64,000 bases of DNA. Source: a bacterium HR35 (lineage in GTDB: Bacteria; Patescibacteriota; Minisyncoccia; UBA6257; HR35). Every line of letters starts with the position of its first letter. Position 1 is the stretch's first letter. Position numbers and translations under genes: made by a program. Below, in pieces: positions 38,305-48,777 of this stretch. The notes beneath the pieces were generated by a model. The model was not told the DNA's origin. It ran no database searches and saw only the letters and a program-made list of their open reading frames with translations. The stretch is taken from contig BEIL01000001.1 in NCBI GenBank assembly GCA_002898235.1, forward strand, positions 125,041 through 189,040, read 5' to 3'.

Positions 38305-38751
38305 ACCTTCTTGAAAAATTAAAGCTAAAAGAAAACCGATTAAAAAACCAAAAATGACATCTTGAGGCCAATGGGCTAAAGAAACAATACTTAAAACAGA
38401 AATTAAAAGAGAAATAGCTAAAGAAAAAAGAAAAAATTTAAAGTCATAATAAAGAAGCAAAAAAGTTAAAGCAAAACTTAAAGCAGTATGCCTTGAAGGA
38501 AAACTATTTTTTTCTTTCAAACCCAAACCAAGGTAAGTTAAGGGCCTAACTTCGGGAAACTTATCTTTTAAAAAACCAACTAACAAAAAGACAATGATAA
38601 AAATTAAAAAAAATCTTAAAAGAAAAAAGAAACCTTGTTTTAAATTTTTCTTAATTTCTCTTAGAGCCAGATAAAAAATAATCAAAAATTGACTTAAAAT
38701 TAAAATATCTCTCAAAAAATTTAATAAGTAAAAATAAGTAAAGATTGTCAT
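38254..38751 (-). CDS. PAP2 family membrane phosphatase (undecaprenyl-diphosphatase-like)
   Basis: PAP2 motifs SFPSRHT and SLAHWPQDV in a multi-TM protein. Confidence 0.7.
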   Translation of the reverse strand: MTIFTYFYLLNFLRDILILSQFLIIFYLALREIKKNLKQGFFFLLRFFLIFIIVFLLVGFLKDKFPEVRPLTYLGLGLKEKNSFPSRHTALSFALTFLLLYYDFKFFLFSLAISLLISVLSIVSLAHWPQDVIFGFLIGFLLALIFQEGLNFFHRLNAHKFKPKT

Positions 38752-38768
38752 TAAATTTATTTTAACTA

Positions 38769-40214
38769 ATGTTTAAAAAAATTTTAAACTATTTATTTAA
38801 AAACTTTTCACACGAACAAACAATAGTTAAAAATTCTTTTTGGATTGCTCTTTCAAGAATTCTTTCGAGTTTTTTTAGGGCTATTTTGGTAATTTTAAGT
38901 TTTAGGATTTTAGGACCAGAATATCAAGGAAGTTTTTACTTAGCAATGAATTTTCTTTTAATTTTTAGTGTTATTCCTGAGTTTGGTATGGTGCCTATTT
39001 TTATAAAAGAATTAACTAAAGGCGACAAAGAAGAAAAATATTTAGTAGCTAATTTTTTAGTTACTTTTTTTCTTCTCTTTTTATTTTCTTTATTTTTAAT
39101 TTTTTTAGGTGAAAAATTAATTGTTAAAGATTTGCTAGCTAAAAAGATTATCTGGATTTTAGTTATTTTTGTTTTCTTTGATATCTTTCGAGAGCTTCTT
39201 TACGCTATTTTTCGGGCTCAAGAAAAAATGGAATATCAAGCTTTTAGCTTTTCTTTAACTAATTTTTTAATCTTAATTTTTGGAGTTTTCTTTCTTTTGA
39301 AATTTAAACAACCTTATTTTTTAGCTTTAGCCTATCTTCTGGGAGGTTTTTTGGGCTTTTTTTTTACTCTTTTTCTTTTGAATTTTAGGGTTATTTTTAA
39401 TTATTTTAAGTTTTTTGAATTTAAGAATATTATAAAAATTTTAAATCAAAGTTGGGCGATTGGAATAGCTAATTTTATTTTTCTTTTAATTACTTATGTT
39501 GATTCTTTAATCCTGGGTTATCTAAGTACTACAAAAGATGTTGGTATTTATAATTCTGTTGTAAAAATTAATGAGTTTCTTTATTTTTTACCTCTTTCCT
39601 TAGCAATGGCTCTTTTTCCTAAAATAACAAAAAATTTAGAAAAAAAGGAAGAAATTGGAAATATTTTAAATTTTGGCTTTAGCTTGGCTTTACTTCTTTC
39701 TTTGCCGCTCGTTTTTGGAGTTTTTACTCTTTCTTTTGATTTCTTAAATTTTCTTTACGGAAAAGACTATCTCGAAGCTGATTTAGCCTTAAAACTAATC
39801 AGCCTTTCAATTCCTTTTAATTTTCTTTTTCTCATTTTAGTTGATACTCTAATTGCTTTAGATAAAAGAAGAGAACTTTTAAAATTTGATTTTCTAATTT
39901 TAATCATCAATATTTTTCTTAATATTATCTTTATTCCTTATTTCTCCTATTTTGCTTCAAGCTTAATTACTTCTTTTTCTTCCTTGCTTTCATTTTTATT
40001 TAGCTTCTTTTTAGTAAAAAAATATATAAATTTTTCTTTTAATTTAAAAGAAATTAAAAACTATTTATTAGCTTCCTTTTTAATGACTTTGCTTATCTCT
40101 TTTCTTTCCTTTCATCTGATTTTAAAAATCTTAATAGGTATAATTTTTTACTTTTTTTACCTTTGGCTACTTGAAGACAAAATTCTTATAAAAATCTTAA
40201 AACTTCCTGACTAA
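38769..40214 (+). CDS. Polysaccharide/lipid-linked oligosaccharide flippase family membrane protein (Wzx/MurJ-like MOP superfamily)
   Basis: About 12-14 TM helices with MOP flippase-like topology and periodicity. Confidence 0.6.
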   Translation: MFKKILNYLFKNFSHEQTIVKNSFWIALSRILSSFFRAILVILSFRILGPEYQGSFYLAMNFLLIFSVIPEFGMVPIFIKELTKGDKEEKYLVANFLVTFFLLFLFSLFLIFLGEKLIVKDLLAKKIIWILVIFVFFDIFRELLYAIFRAQEKMEYQAFSFSLTNFLILIFGVFFLLKFKQPYFLALAYLLGGFLGFFFTLFLLNFRVIFNYFKFFEFKNIIKILNQSWAIGIANFIFLLITYVDSLILGYLSTTKDVGIYNSVVKINEFLYFLPLSLAMALFPKITKNLEKKEEIGNILNFGFSLALLLSLPLVFGVFTLSFDFLNFLYGKDYLEADLALKLISLSIPFNFLFLILVDTLIALDKRRELLKFDFLILIINIFLNIIFIPYFSYFASSLITSFSSLLSFLFSFFLVKKYINFSFNLKEIKNYLLASFLMTLLISFLSFHLILKILIGIIFYFFYLWLLEDKILIKILKLPD

Positions 40215-40767
40215 TTATTTCTTTTGGTTGATCGGCTCTAATAATTAACCAATCAAATTTTTTAGCATAAAACAAATAATATTTTCGAGCTAATTTTAAA
40301 ATTTTTAGTTTTTCATACTTATGACCTTTAAACTTTAATCTCTTTAAAGCTTCTGTTGGAGAAAGATCAAAAACAAAAACAAAATCTGGTTCTAAAAAAT
40401 TTCGAGCTTTTAAATCTAAATTAAAAACTTCCTTAAATTTTAAAAATTTTTTTAAACCGCCTATTTCGTATTGATAAACATAAGTTGAAGGAAATGATCT
40501 TTCCAAAATTATATTAATTCCCTTGTTCAACAGCTTCTCAATTTGAAGATAAATAAATCTTCTTTGAGCTAAAAAAAGAAAAAATTCGTTAAGAGAATCA
40601 AGATTTTCTTTTAAGATTATTTTTCTAACAAAAGAAAAAGAACCTTTTCGAGGTGGTTCTTTAAAATATTTAGCTTTTAAAATTTGAGAAATTATTTTAG
40701 CTTGAGTTGATTTTCCTGAACCAGAAATTCCTTCAAATAAAATAAAATTACCTTTCTTCATCAACAA
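40186..40767 (-). CDS. tmk: Thymidylate kinase
   Basis: P-loop FILFEGISGSGKSTQAK and the dTMP-binding region. 193 aa. Confidence 0.85.
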   Translation of the reverse strand: MLMKKGNFILFEGISGSGKSTQAKIISQILKAKYFKEPPRKGSFSFVRKIILKENLDSLNEFFLFLAQRRFIYLQIEKLLNKGINIILERSFPSTYVYQYEIGGLKKFLKFKEVFNLDLKARNFLEPDFVFVFDLSPTEALKRLKFKGHKYEKLKILKLARKYYLFYAKKFDWLIIRADQPKEIISQEVLRFL

Positions 40768-41185
40768 TAACTACCCCCATCGACCTAGCAACTCCTTCTA
40801 CTATCTTCATCGCCTTTTCAAGGTTATCAGTATTAAGTTCAGATAATTTTTTTTCGGCAATTTCCCTTACTTGTTTCTTTGAAAGTTTGCCAACTATTTC
40901 TCTACCAGGCTCGTGAGAACCTCGTTCTAATTTAAGTGCTAATTTAATTAAAGTGCTAATGGGAGGTGTGCCAATTTTCATTTCGAAACTCTTGTCTTCA
41001 TAAATAGTTAAATAAACTGGAACTTCTATCCCTTCCAAATCTTTGGTTTTTTGATTAAACTCATTACAAAACTGAGCGATATTTATTCCATGAGGAGCTA
41101 AAGTTGGTCCCAGGGGGGGAGCCGGAGTAGCTTTACCTCCTTCAATAATAAGTTTAAGTTTAGCTTTAACTTTTTTGCCAGCCAT
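40748..41185 (-). CDS. rplK: 50S ribosomal protein L11
   Basis: KLIIEGGKATPAPPLGPTLAPHGINIAQFCNEFN. Confidence 0.95.
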   Translation of the reverse strand: MAGKKVKAKLKLIIEGGKATPAPPLGPTLAPHGINIAQFCNEFNQKTKDLEGIEVPVYLTIYEDKSFEMKIGTPPISTLIKLALKLERGSHEPGREIVGKLSKKQVREIAEKKLSELNTDNLEKAMKIVEGVARSMGVVIVDEER

Positions 41186-41187
41186 AT

Positions 41188-41733
41188 TTAGCTTCTAGTA
41201 ATTTGAAGAAAATCGACTTCAACTGGTGTTTCCCTACCCATAATAGGTACTAAAATTTTTGCTTTTTGTCTTTCGTAATCTATTTCAATAATTTTACCTT
41301 TTAATCCTTTAAAAATACCCTGAATTATTTCTACCATATCTCCAATTCGAAAATCACCAGCAATTGCTGGTTCTTTTCTTTGCATTCGCTCAAAAATTTC
41401 TTTAATTTCTTCTTCGCTTACCGGTAAAGGAGTGGAACCAACACCAACAAAACCAGTTACATGAGGAGTATTCCTTACTACATACCAACTGCGGTCATCG
41501 ACAATCATATCTACTAAGACATAACCTGGAAAAATTTTTTTCTCTACTAATTCTCTTTTCCCGCCTTTTATTTCCCAAACTAATTCTTTGGGAACAATTG
41601 CTTGAAAAATTTTATCAGCTACATCAAAATCCTCAGCTCTCTTCATAATATTTTCCGCTACAATTTCTTCAAAACCAACTACTGTATGAATTATATACCA
41701 GTTTCTTCCCAAACTTAACTTTTGCTTAGGCAT
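41188..41733 (-). CDS. nusG: Transcription termination/antitermination factor NusG
   Basis: NGN domain WYIIHTVVGFEEIVAENI and C-terminal KOW GDMVEIIQGIFKGLKGKI. Confidence 0.9.
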   Translation of the reverse strand: MPKQKLSLGRNWYIIHTVVGFEEIVAENIMKRAEDFDVADKIFQAIVPKELVWEIKGGKRELVEKKIFPGYVLVDMIVDDRSWYVVRNTPHVTGFVGVGSTPLPVSEEEIKEIFERMQRKEPAIAGDFRIGDMVEIIQGIFKGLKGKIIEIDYERQKAKILVPIMGRETPVEVDFLQITRS

Positions 41734-41736
41734 TTT

Positions 41737-41928
41737 TTACTTTAAATTTAAAATTAAAACCAGAAAAGCTAAATCGACCAGGGCAAAGAAAACTAGAAAG
41801 AAAAAAGAGAAAAAGAGAACTTCCATTGTTTTTTGAAATGTTTCTTCAGGAGTAATAAAATTCATTTTTTTAATCTCAGCTAATGTTTCTTTTAAATAAT
41901 TTTTTAACTTTAAAAGATATTCACTCAT
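41737..41928 (-). CDS. secE: Preprotein translocase subunit SecE
   Basis: 63 aa with a single C-terminal TM helix and LAEIKKMNFITPEETFQKTMEVL. Conserved secE-nusG-rplK gene order. Confidence 0.7.
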   Translation of the reverse strand: MSEYLLKLKNYLKETLAEIKKMNFITPEETFQKTMEVLFFSFFFLVFFALVDLAFLVLILNLK

Positions 41929-44531
41929 TTTTTAGAAGGAAGTAAAACTAAATTACCATCGGCTTTAATATCAATCATAATTTTTTGACCACTTTTTATT
42001 TTATTAGCAATAATTTGTTGAGCTAAGGGGTTAAGAATATATTTTTGGATAGCTCGTTGAAGAGGTCGAGCTCCAAAAACTTCATCAAATCCTTTTTCGA
42101 CTAAAAGCTCTTTAGTTGCTGGAGAAAAATCTACTTGAATATTTTTTTCACTTAGTCTTTTTCTAACTCTTTCTAATTGAAGGTCAACAATTTTGTAAAG
42201 AACTTCTTTGGATAATGGTTTAAAGATAATTATTTCATCAATTCGATTAAGAAATTCTGGCTTAAAGAATTCTTTTAATGTCGACATTATTTTATTTTTC
42301 AAATCTTCAGTAGCCGATTCAGAAGCAGTAAATCCTAAAGAGCCGATTTTTCTAAAAAGATGAGTTCCTACATTTGAGGTCATAATAATAATTGTATTTT
42401 TAAAGCTAACAGTTGTTCCCTTGCTATCAGTTAATCGACCATCATCTAAAATTTGTAAGAGTAAATTAAAAACTTCGGGGTGAGCTTTTTCAATTTCATC
42501 AAATAAAATAAGACTATAAGGTCGATGTTTAACTGCTTCAGTTAATTGACCGCCTTCTTCATAACCAACATAACCCGGAGGTGAACCAATTAATTTAGCT
42601 ACCGAATGTGGTTCCATATACTCCGACATATCAATTCTTATCATTGCTTTTTCATCATTAAACATAAACTCAGCTAAGGCTTTAGCCAATTCAGTTTTTC
42701 CTACTCCAGTTGGTCCCAAAAACATAAAAGAAGCAATTGGGCGATTTTCATCATTAAGCCCAGCTCTAGCTCTTCTTAAAGCATTAGCTACGGCACTAAT
42801 TGCTTCTTCTTGACCAACAACTCGTTGACTTAAGATTTCTTCGGCTTTTATTAATTTTTCAGCTTCATTTTCAACTATTTTTCTTACAGGTATTCCTGTC
42901 CAGCGAGAAACAACTTCAGCAATATCCTCTTCGGTCACGTAATCTCTAATAAAATTATATTTAGATTTTTTAAAGTCTAATTCAAGTTTCTTTAGTTTGG
43001 TTTCTACTTCAGGAATTTCTCCATAAATTATCTCAGCTAATCTTGTTAAATCTCCGTTTCTTTCAGCTTCTTCTTGTTCTATTTTTAAATTATCTAACTT
43101 TCTTTTAAGTTCTTGATATTTTTCTTTTAAGTTCTTTTCACTTCGCCATTGAAGAGAAAGTTTTTCTTCTTCTTTCTTAAGTTTATTTAATTTAGCTTCG
43201 ATTGCTTTTAACTTCTTAGAATTATTTCCCTCCTTCATCAAAGCTTCTTTTTCAATTTCTAATTTTCTAATCTCTTTCTTCAAGTTTTCTAATTCTGGGG
43301 GAAGCGTCTCAATATGAATTCTTAAAGCAGCACAAGCTTCATCAATCAAATCAATGGCTTTATCAGGCAAAAATCGATTAGTAATATAACGAGCTGAAAG
43401 CTTAACGGCAGCAACAATAGCTTCATCTAAAATCTTAACTCCGTGATGAAGTTCATATTTTTCTTTAAGTCCTCTTAAAATAGCAATAGTATCTTCAATT
43501 GACGGTTCTTCAATTATTACTGGTTGAAAGCGACGAGCAAAAGCAGGGTCTCTTTCAATATAAAGTTTATAATCTCTAAAAGTTGTGGCTCCGATTACTC
43601 TTAATTCTCCTTTGGCTAAAACTGGCTTTAAAAGATTAGCAGCATCAATTGCTCCTTCAGCTGCTCCAGCTCCAACTAAGGTATGCATTTCATCTACAAA
43701 TAAAATAAATCTTTGAGGATTAAGTTGAATTTCTTTTATGATTGCTTTTAATCTATCTTCAAATTCGCCTCGAAATTTTGAACCAGCTATTAATGAACCA
43801 ATGTCTAAAGAAAGAATATTGACATTTTTAAGAGATTCTGGCACATCGCCTTTAGCAATTCTTTGAGCTAAGCCTTCAACAATTGCTGTCTTCCCTACTC
43901 CTGGTTCACCAATTAAAACTGGGTTATTTTTTGTTCTTCGAGATAAAATTTCAATTACTCTTCTAATTTCAGTATCTCGTCCAATAATAGGATCTAATTT
44001 ATTTTTCTTAGCTAATTCTGTTAAGTTGATGGTGTATTTTTCTAAAACCTTATACTTACTTTCTGGAGTTTCGTCTGTTACCCTAGAGCCTTTTCTTAAA
44101 TTATTAATAGTTGAGTAAATTTTTTCAAAGGTAAGACCAAATCTTTCCAAAATAACTCGAGCAGGTGACCTAACTTCAGCTAAAGCTAAAAGAAGGTGCT
44201 CTAAAGAAGTAAATTCATCTTGCATTTTCCTAGTATAATAACTAGCTCGATCAAGCACATATTGAGCTTCATTGCTTAAATAAAGAGAAGCTACTTCACC
44301 AATTGAAAAGATTTTGGGACTTTTTTCAAGTTCTCTTTCAATGACATTAATTACTACTTGGGTATTAATCTTAGCTTCTTTAAAAATATCCTCAACTAAA
44401 CCTTCGCCAACATTAAGAATTCCCCACAAAATATGAAGGGCTTTGATTTCATTATGATGAAGTTCAACAGCTTTATCTTGAGCTTTCATCAAAGCTTCTT
44501 GAGCTTTGAGGGTAAATTTGGGAGGTACCAT
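41925..44531 (-). CDS. clpB: ATP-dependent chaperone ClpB
   Basis: Clp_N domain, two AAA+ modules (GEPGVGKTA ... GPTGVGKTE) and a long coiled-coil M-domain between them. 868 aa. Confidence 0.9.
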   Translation of the reverse strand: MVPPKFTLKAQEALMKAQDKAVELHHNEIKALHILWGILNVGEGLVEDIFKEAKINTQVVINVIERELEKSPKIFSIGEVASLYLSNEAQYVLDRASYYTRKMQDEFTSLEHLLLALAEVRSPARVILERFGLTFEKIYSTINNLRKGSRVTDETPESKYKVLEKYTINLTELAKKNKLDPIIGRDTEIRRVIEILSRRTKNNPVLIGEPGVGKTAIVEGLAQRIAKGDVPESLKNVNILSLDIGSLIAGSKFRGEFEDRLKAIIKEIQLNPQRFILFVDEMHTLVGAGAAEGAIDAANLLKPVLAKGELRVIGATTFRDYKLYIERDPAFARRFQPVIIEEPSIEDTIAILRGLKEKYELHHGVKILDEAIVAAVKLSARYITNRFLPDKAIDLIDEACAALRIHIETLPPELENLKKEIRKLEIEKEALMKEGNNSKKLKAIEAKLNKLKKEEEKLSLQWRSEKNLKEKYQELKRKLDNLKIEQEEAERNGDLTRLAEIIYGEIPEVETKLKKLELDFKKSKYNFIRDYVTEEDIAEVVSRWTGIPVRKIVENEAEKLIKAEEILSQRVVGQEEAISAVANALRRARAGLNDENRPIASFMFLGPTGVGKTELAKALAEFMFNDEKAMIRIDMSEYMEPHSVAKLIGSPPGYVGYEEGGQLTEAVKHRPYSLILFDEIEKAHPEVFNLLLQILDDGRLTDSKGTTVSFKNTIIIMTSNVGTHLFRKIGSLGFTASESATEDLKNKIMSTLKEFFKPEFLNRIDEIIIFKPLSKEVLYKIVDLQLERVRKRLSEKNIQVDFSPATKELLVEKGFDEVFGARPLQRAIQKYILNPLAQQIIANKIKSGQKIMIDIKADGNLVLLPSKK

Positions 44532-44577
44532 TTTTATTTTAAATTATACCATAAGAAGAGGTCTAAGAAAAGTATTT

Positions 44578-45048
44578 TTATCCTTCAACAATTACTTTAA
44601 TTTTCAGTTTAGCTTTTATTTCATAACCTAAATTTATTAATATTTCATAATCGCCTTCTTTTTCAATCTTCCCCTTAAGCTCTATCTGGCTTTTACTAAT
44701 TTCTAAACCATTTTCCTTTAAAGCTTTTAAAATTTTTTCCTTAGTTACTGGATTAAAAATTTGACCTTTATTTCCCTTTTTGATTTTAAATTCTAAAACT
44801 AAAGACTCAATTTTTTCTTTCGATTTTTCTATCTTCTTTTCTCTTTCTTCTATTTTTGTCTCCAAAAGAAGTTCTTTAAGTTCTCCCTTTAATTTTTCTT
44901 CAGTAGCCAAAACTACTTTTTTTTGATTAAAAAGATATCTAAAATAACCGGGTCTCACCTTTACTACTTCACCTCGCTGACCTAAGTTGGGAATATCTTC
45001 CAAAAGCAAAACTGGTAATTTTTTTTCTTTTCTTTTTTTCTTAGCCAT
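44578..45048 (-). CDS. rplI: 50S ribosomal protein L9
   Basis: VLLLEDIPNLGQRGEVVKVRPGYFRYLF N-domain, long linker helix and C-domain. Confidence 0.85.
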   Translation of the reverse strand: MAKKKRKEKKLPVLLLEDIPNLGQRGEVVKVRPGYFRYLFNQKKVVLATEEKLKGELKELLLETKIEEREKKIEKSKEKIESLVLEFKIKKGNKGQIFNPVTKEKILKALKENGLEISKSQIELKGKIEKEGDYEILINLGYEIKAKLKIKVIVEG

Positions 45049-45054
45049 GGTTAA

Positions 45055-46245
45055 CTATTGAAGACTTCTAACGACTTGAATTGCTTTTCTAATTACTGGA
45101 TCATCTAGCTCAGTTTTTATTTTTTCTTTTTCAATTTCTTCCACTTCAATATCAGGTTTTAAGCCACTACCTTCAAGTTTTATTCCCTTCGGAGTTAGCC
45201 AATAAGCGACTGTCAATTTAATCATTTTCCCATCTAAAGGAAAAATTTGTTGAACGCTTCCTTTGCCATATGTTTTTTTCCCAATCAATTTAATTCCCAG
45301 ATTATCCCTTAAAGCTCCAGCTAAAATTTCTGAAGCAGAAGCTGATCCGTCATTAACTAAAACAACTATCCTTAAATTACTTAAATTACCTGGTCCTTCG
45401 GAAACAATGTTAGTGGTGCTTTTATCTCTTTTTTGTTCCTTTAAAATAATTTGCCCTCGAGGAAGAAAGCTTTCAGCTAATTGGATAGCTACTTCTAAAA
45501 ATCCTCCTGGATTATTTCTTAAATCCAAAATCCAATACTTAGCTCCTTTATCCTTCAAATTAAGATAAGCTTTAATAAATTCCGAATAAGTTGTTAGATT
45601 GAAAGTGTTTAACTTAATATAACCGATATTTCTAAGAAGAAGTTTTGACTTAACTGCTGGAATATTAATTGTTTCTCTGACTAAAGTAAAATCTTTTGGC
45701 TCTAACCACTCATCTCGATAAATTGTTAGAGTTACCTTTGTTCCTGGTTTGCCTCTAATTTTAGAAACAGCCTCTTCTAAAGTTAAATTTGAAGTATCTT
45801 CGCCATCAATTTTTAAAATTTTATCGCCACTTTTAATTCCTGCTCTTTCTGCTGGGGTACCTTCAAGCGGAGAAATTACTGTCAAAACACCCTTTCTTAT
45901 TCCTATCTCCATACCAACACCAGCAAAAGAACCGCTCATATCTTCTTCAAAAATCTTAGCCTGTTTTTCATCAAAAATTTCAGAATAAGGGTCATCTAAT
46001 GACCTTAAAAGACCTCGAGAAGCTTCCAGAATTGCTTTTTGCTTATCAATTTTTTCTGGCTCAACAAAATAATTATTCACAACCTCCCAAGTTCGATAAA
46101 AAATTCTCATTTCTTCTTGACTAAAGGGAGTAGTTTCTTGATTAGCCAATAAAAACAAGGGATTTAAAAATCGAAAACTAAGGAAAGAAAAAACTAAAAT
46201 TGGTGGCAAAATATAAACTAAGTTCTTATTTAGAAATTTTTTCAT
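45055..46245 (-). CDS. ctpA: Carboxyl-terminal processing protease (S41 family, PDZ domain)
   Basis: Signal peptide, PDZ block GDKILKIDGEDT and S41 catalytic block VLVNDGSASASEILAGALRDN. Confidence 0.85.
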   Translation of the reverse strand: MKKFLNKNLVYILPPILVFSFLSFRFLNPLFLLANQETTPFSQEEMRIFYRTWEVVNNYFVEPEKIDKQKAILEASRGLLRSLDDPYSEIFDEKQAKIFEEDMSGSFAGVGMEIGIRKGVLTVISPLEGTPAERAGIKSGDKILKIDGEDTSNLTLEEAVSKIRGKPGTKVTLTIYRDEWLEPKDFTLVRETINIPAVKSKLLLRNIGYIKLNTFNLTTYSEFIKAYLNLKDKGAKYWILDLRNNPGGFLEVAIQLAESFLPRGQIILKEQKRDKSTTNIVSEGPGNLSNLRIVVLVNDGSASASEILAGALRDNLGIKLIGKKTYGKGSVQQIFPLDGKMIKLTVAYWLTPKGIKLEGSGLKPDIEVEEIEKEKIKTELDDPVIRKAIQVVRSLQ

Positions 46246-46906
46246 GATTTATTTTAAGATTAAAGGAATAGTAATTTACAAAGAAAGAATTAAAGAAGCC
46301 GACGCTAATGTTTATATTTTAACAAAAAAAGATGGTATTTTAAAAATTTATGCTCAGGGACTTTATAAAATCCAAAGTAAAAATTTGCCTTTATTAGAAT
46401 TAGGTAATTATCTTCAAATTTTTGGCCTTAAAGAAGGAGGAAACTTGAAACTTATTTCTGTTTTACCTTTAAGAGTTGGTTTTCTTTATTTTAATAAATT
46501 TCCTTATCTTTATCTTTGGGTTTTTTATCTTTTAAAAAAAATTAATCCCCTAGAAATTGATAGCTTTATTTGGCAAATTATTTTAAATTTAGATATTTAT
46601 CTCAGTCAAAATCCTAAAATTTTTCCTCATTATTTTATTTATCATTTTTTAAGTTCTTTAGGTTTTTCTCCTGATTTGACTCATTGTTTTCAATGTCATC
46701 GGAAGTTAAGAGAAAATATTTATTTTGATGGTAAAATAGGTCTTTATTGTTTTAAATGTAAAAAACCAGCCTTTCAAAAAATTAAAACCGATGATTGGTC
46801 AAAAGCATTAAAAATTAGCTCTAAAGAAAAACTACCTTCAACTGTTCCTTCTTTTTTAAAAATTATTCTTAGAAATTATCTTAAAAAAATAAAAAAACTA
46901 ATTTAA
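46244..46906 (+). CDS. recO: DNA repair protein RecO
   Basis: N-terminal OB fold and C-terminal zinc finger CFQCH...CFKCK. 220 aa. Confidence 0.65.
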   Translation: MIYFKIKGIVIYKERIKEADANVYILTKKDGILKIYAQGLYKIQSKNLPLLELGNYLQIFGLKEGGNLKLISVLPLRVGFLYFNKFPYLYLWVFYLLKKINPLEIDSFIWQIILNLDIYLSQNPKIFPHYFIYHFLSSLGFSPDLTHCFQCHRKLRENIYFDGKIGLYCFKCKKPAFQKIKTDDWSKALKISSKEKLPSTVPSFLKIILRNYLKKIKKLI

Positions 46907-46917
46907 AATTTTTAAAA

Positions 46918-48771
46918 ATGGCTTTTTTAGAAGATTTAAGTGAAGAACTAGAGAAAAAAGAGAGTAAAAGAAAAAAGATAAAAAAAGAAATTGAAATCCC
47001 TTTAAACAAAAAAGAAGAAACACAAGAAGAGCCAGAGGTAAAAACTTTTACTTTTAAAAAACCGAGGTTTTATTTTGATTGGAACAAAATTGTTAATAAA
47101 CTGCTTTTATTTTCTTTTTTTGTTTTCATTCTTAGTTTAACTTTTTGGGCTATTAGCAATTTTTTAAGCAAAGAGGAGCCGAAGGAATTAAGTTTTGACT
47201 TAATTGGACCAACTGAGGTTAATTCCTTAGAAGAAAATTATTACACCTTTTTAATTAATAACTTTTCTCGAGTTGATTTACAAAATATCAGTCTTAATCT
47301 TATTTTAAGCGAAGGAGCTTATTTTAGTGAAACTGAAGAAAAAGAAAGAGTTTTTGACATTGGCGAACTTTCTGCTGGAACTTCAACTAAAATAAATTTT
47401 GCTCTTGTTTTTTTAAACGAAGGCAATAAAAAGGAAACTGTTAAAGCAATTGTTAGGTATAAAACAAAAAACAAACCTTATGTTTTTGAAACTTCTAAAG
47501 AAATTTCAGTTTTAGTAAAAAATACTCCTTTGGTTATTATTCCCTCTTTGCCAATCTCAGTTTTTGCTCTTCAACCATTTGAAGCTAAATTTAAAGTTCT
47601 TAATAATTCACCCGAAGTTCTTAATAATATTAATCTTAAAATTAACCCTCCTCAAGAGTTTAATCTTCAGCAGACATTGCCTTTATCAGAAATGCTAGAA
47701 TGGAATTTTTCAGCTCTTAATCCTCAAGAAACAAAAGAAATTACTCTTTTAGGTTATTTTAAATCTTTACCAGTTTTTCCTTTTTTTGATATTAAAATAA
47801 GTTTTAATTGGCGAAACAAAAATTTTTCTTTAACTCAACAAAGTTATAAACTTAATGTTGCTGAAAATCCTCTAAAAATTGAATTAATTTCTTTTCCTGG
47901 GGGTGAAAGCGTTAATTTGGGTTCAAATATTTCTTATACGATTAAAATTAAAAATCAGGGCAAAATTCCTCTAAAAGAAAATGTAGTTAAAGTATATTTT
48001 GATAACTTATTTGATATCACCTCTTTAAGATTTGGAAAAAACGCTTATTTTTCTTCCTTTGATAACTCCCTTTATTACAATAGTCGATATGAACCGGCTT
48101 TACTAGAAATAAAACCCGGAGACGAAGTTAAACTTAATTTTTCAATTTCTCTTTTTAGATCATATCCAATTTTAGCTGATAGGGATAAAAACTTTATTGC
48201 GAAAGTTTTCGTTGAATTTCATACCCCAAGCATTCCGCCAGAGGTAAAAACAACCAATTTAAATGAATATGTTATCAAAATTGAAGACACAAAAAAAATC
48301 ATCGGCCGGTTTGAAATTCAATCTTTTTTAGTTTATAAAGATAATTTAATTGAAAACTCTGGTCCTTTTCCTTTAATAAGAGAAACACCAACAACTTTAA
48401 ATTTGCATTTTAAAATAAAAACTATTGGAGAAGATTTTAAAGATTTTTCTTTAACCGGTAAATTACCTCCTTTTGTTAATTTTACTGGAAAAGTTGGCGG
48501 TGATGCTTTAGCTAGTAATTTTAACTATGACAATAAAACTGGAGAGTTTTCTTATTATCTCGCTAATATTCCGGCTAATGTTGGTTATAAAGAAAAAGAA
48601 TTAGATTTAGTTTTTCAAATAGTTGTTCTCGTCCCTGCTAATTTAGATCCTCGTTTTCTTGAATTAATTCCTGGTTTTAACTATAAGGTCACAAGTGTTT
48701 TTACAAATACTAACTTTACTGGAACTACTGATAATATAAATACCAGCGAAATTATTTATGAGTTAAAATAA
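46918..48771 (+). CDS. Hypothetical membrane-anchored surface protein with repeated beta-domain architecture
   Basis: Charged N-terminal segment and one TM helix (LLLFSFFVFILSLTFWAI), then ~530 aa of extracellular beta-rich sequence. Confidence 0.4.
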   Translation: MAFLEDLSEELEKKESKRKKIKKEIEIPLNKKEETQEEPEVKTFTFKKPRFYFDWNKIVNKLLLFSFFVFILSLTFWAISNFLSKEEPKELSFDLIGPTEVNSLEENYYTFLINNFSRVDLQNISLNLILSEGAYFSETEEKERVFDIGELSAGTSTKINFALVFLNEGNKKETVKAIVRYKTKNKPYVFETSKEISVLVKNTPLVIIPSLPISVFALQPFEAKFKVLNNSPEVLNNINLKINPPQEFNLQQTLPLSEMLEWNFSALNPQETKEITLLGYFKSLPVFPFFDIKISFNWRNKNFSLTQQSYKLNVAENPLKIELISFPGGESVNLGSNISYTIKIKNQGKIPLKENVVKVYFDNLFDITSLRFGKNAYFSSFDNSLYYNSRYEPALLEIKPGDEVKLNFSISLFRSYPILADRDKNFIAKVFVEFHTPSIPPEVKTTNLNEYVIKIEDTKKIIGRFEIQSFLVYKDNLIENSGPFPLIRETPTTLNLHFKIKTIGEDFKDFSLTGKLPPFVNFTGKVGGDALASNFNYDNKTGEFSYYLANIPANVGYKEKELDLVFQIVVLVPANLDPRFLELIPGFNYKVTSVFTNTNFTGTTDNINTSEIIYELK

Positions 48772-48777
48772 AATTAA

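Noticed and set aside
46244-46245. Divergent ctpA and recO genes whose start codons overlap by 2 nt, leaving no promoter space
   Set aside because: This is most likely a start-codon miscall for one of the two genes; downstream in-frame starts exist. It is not evidence of a biological oddity.
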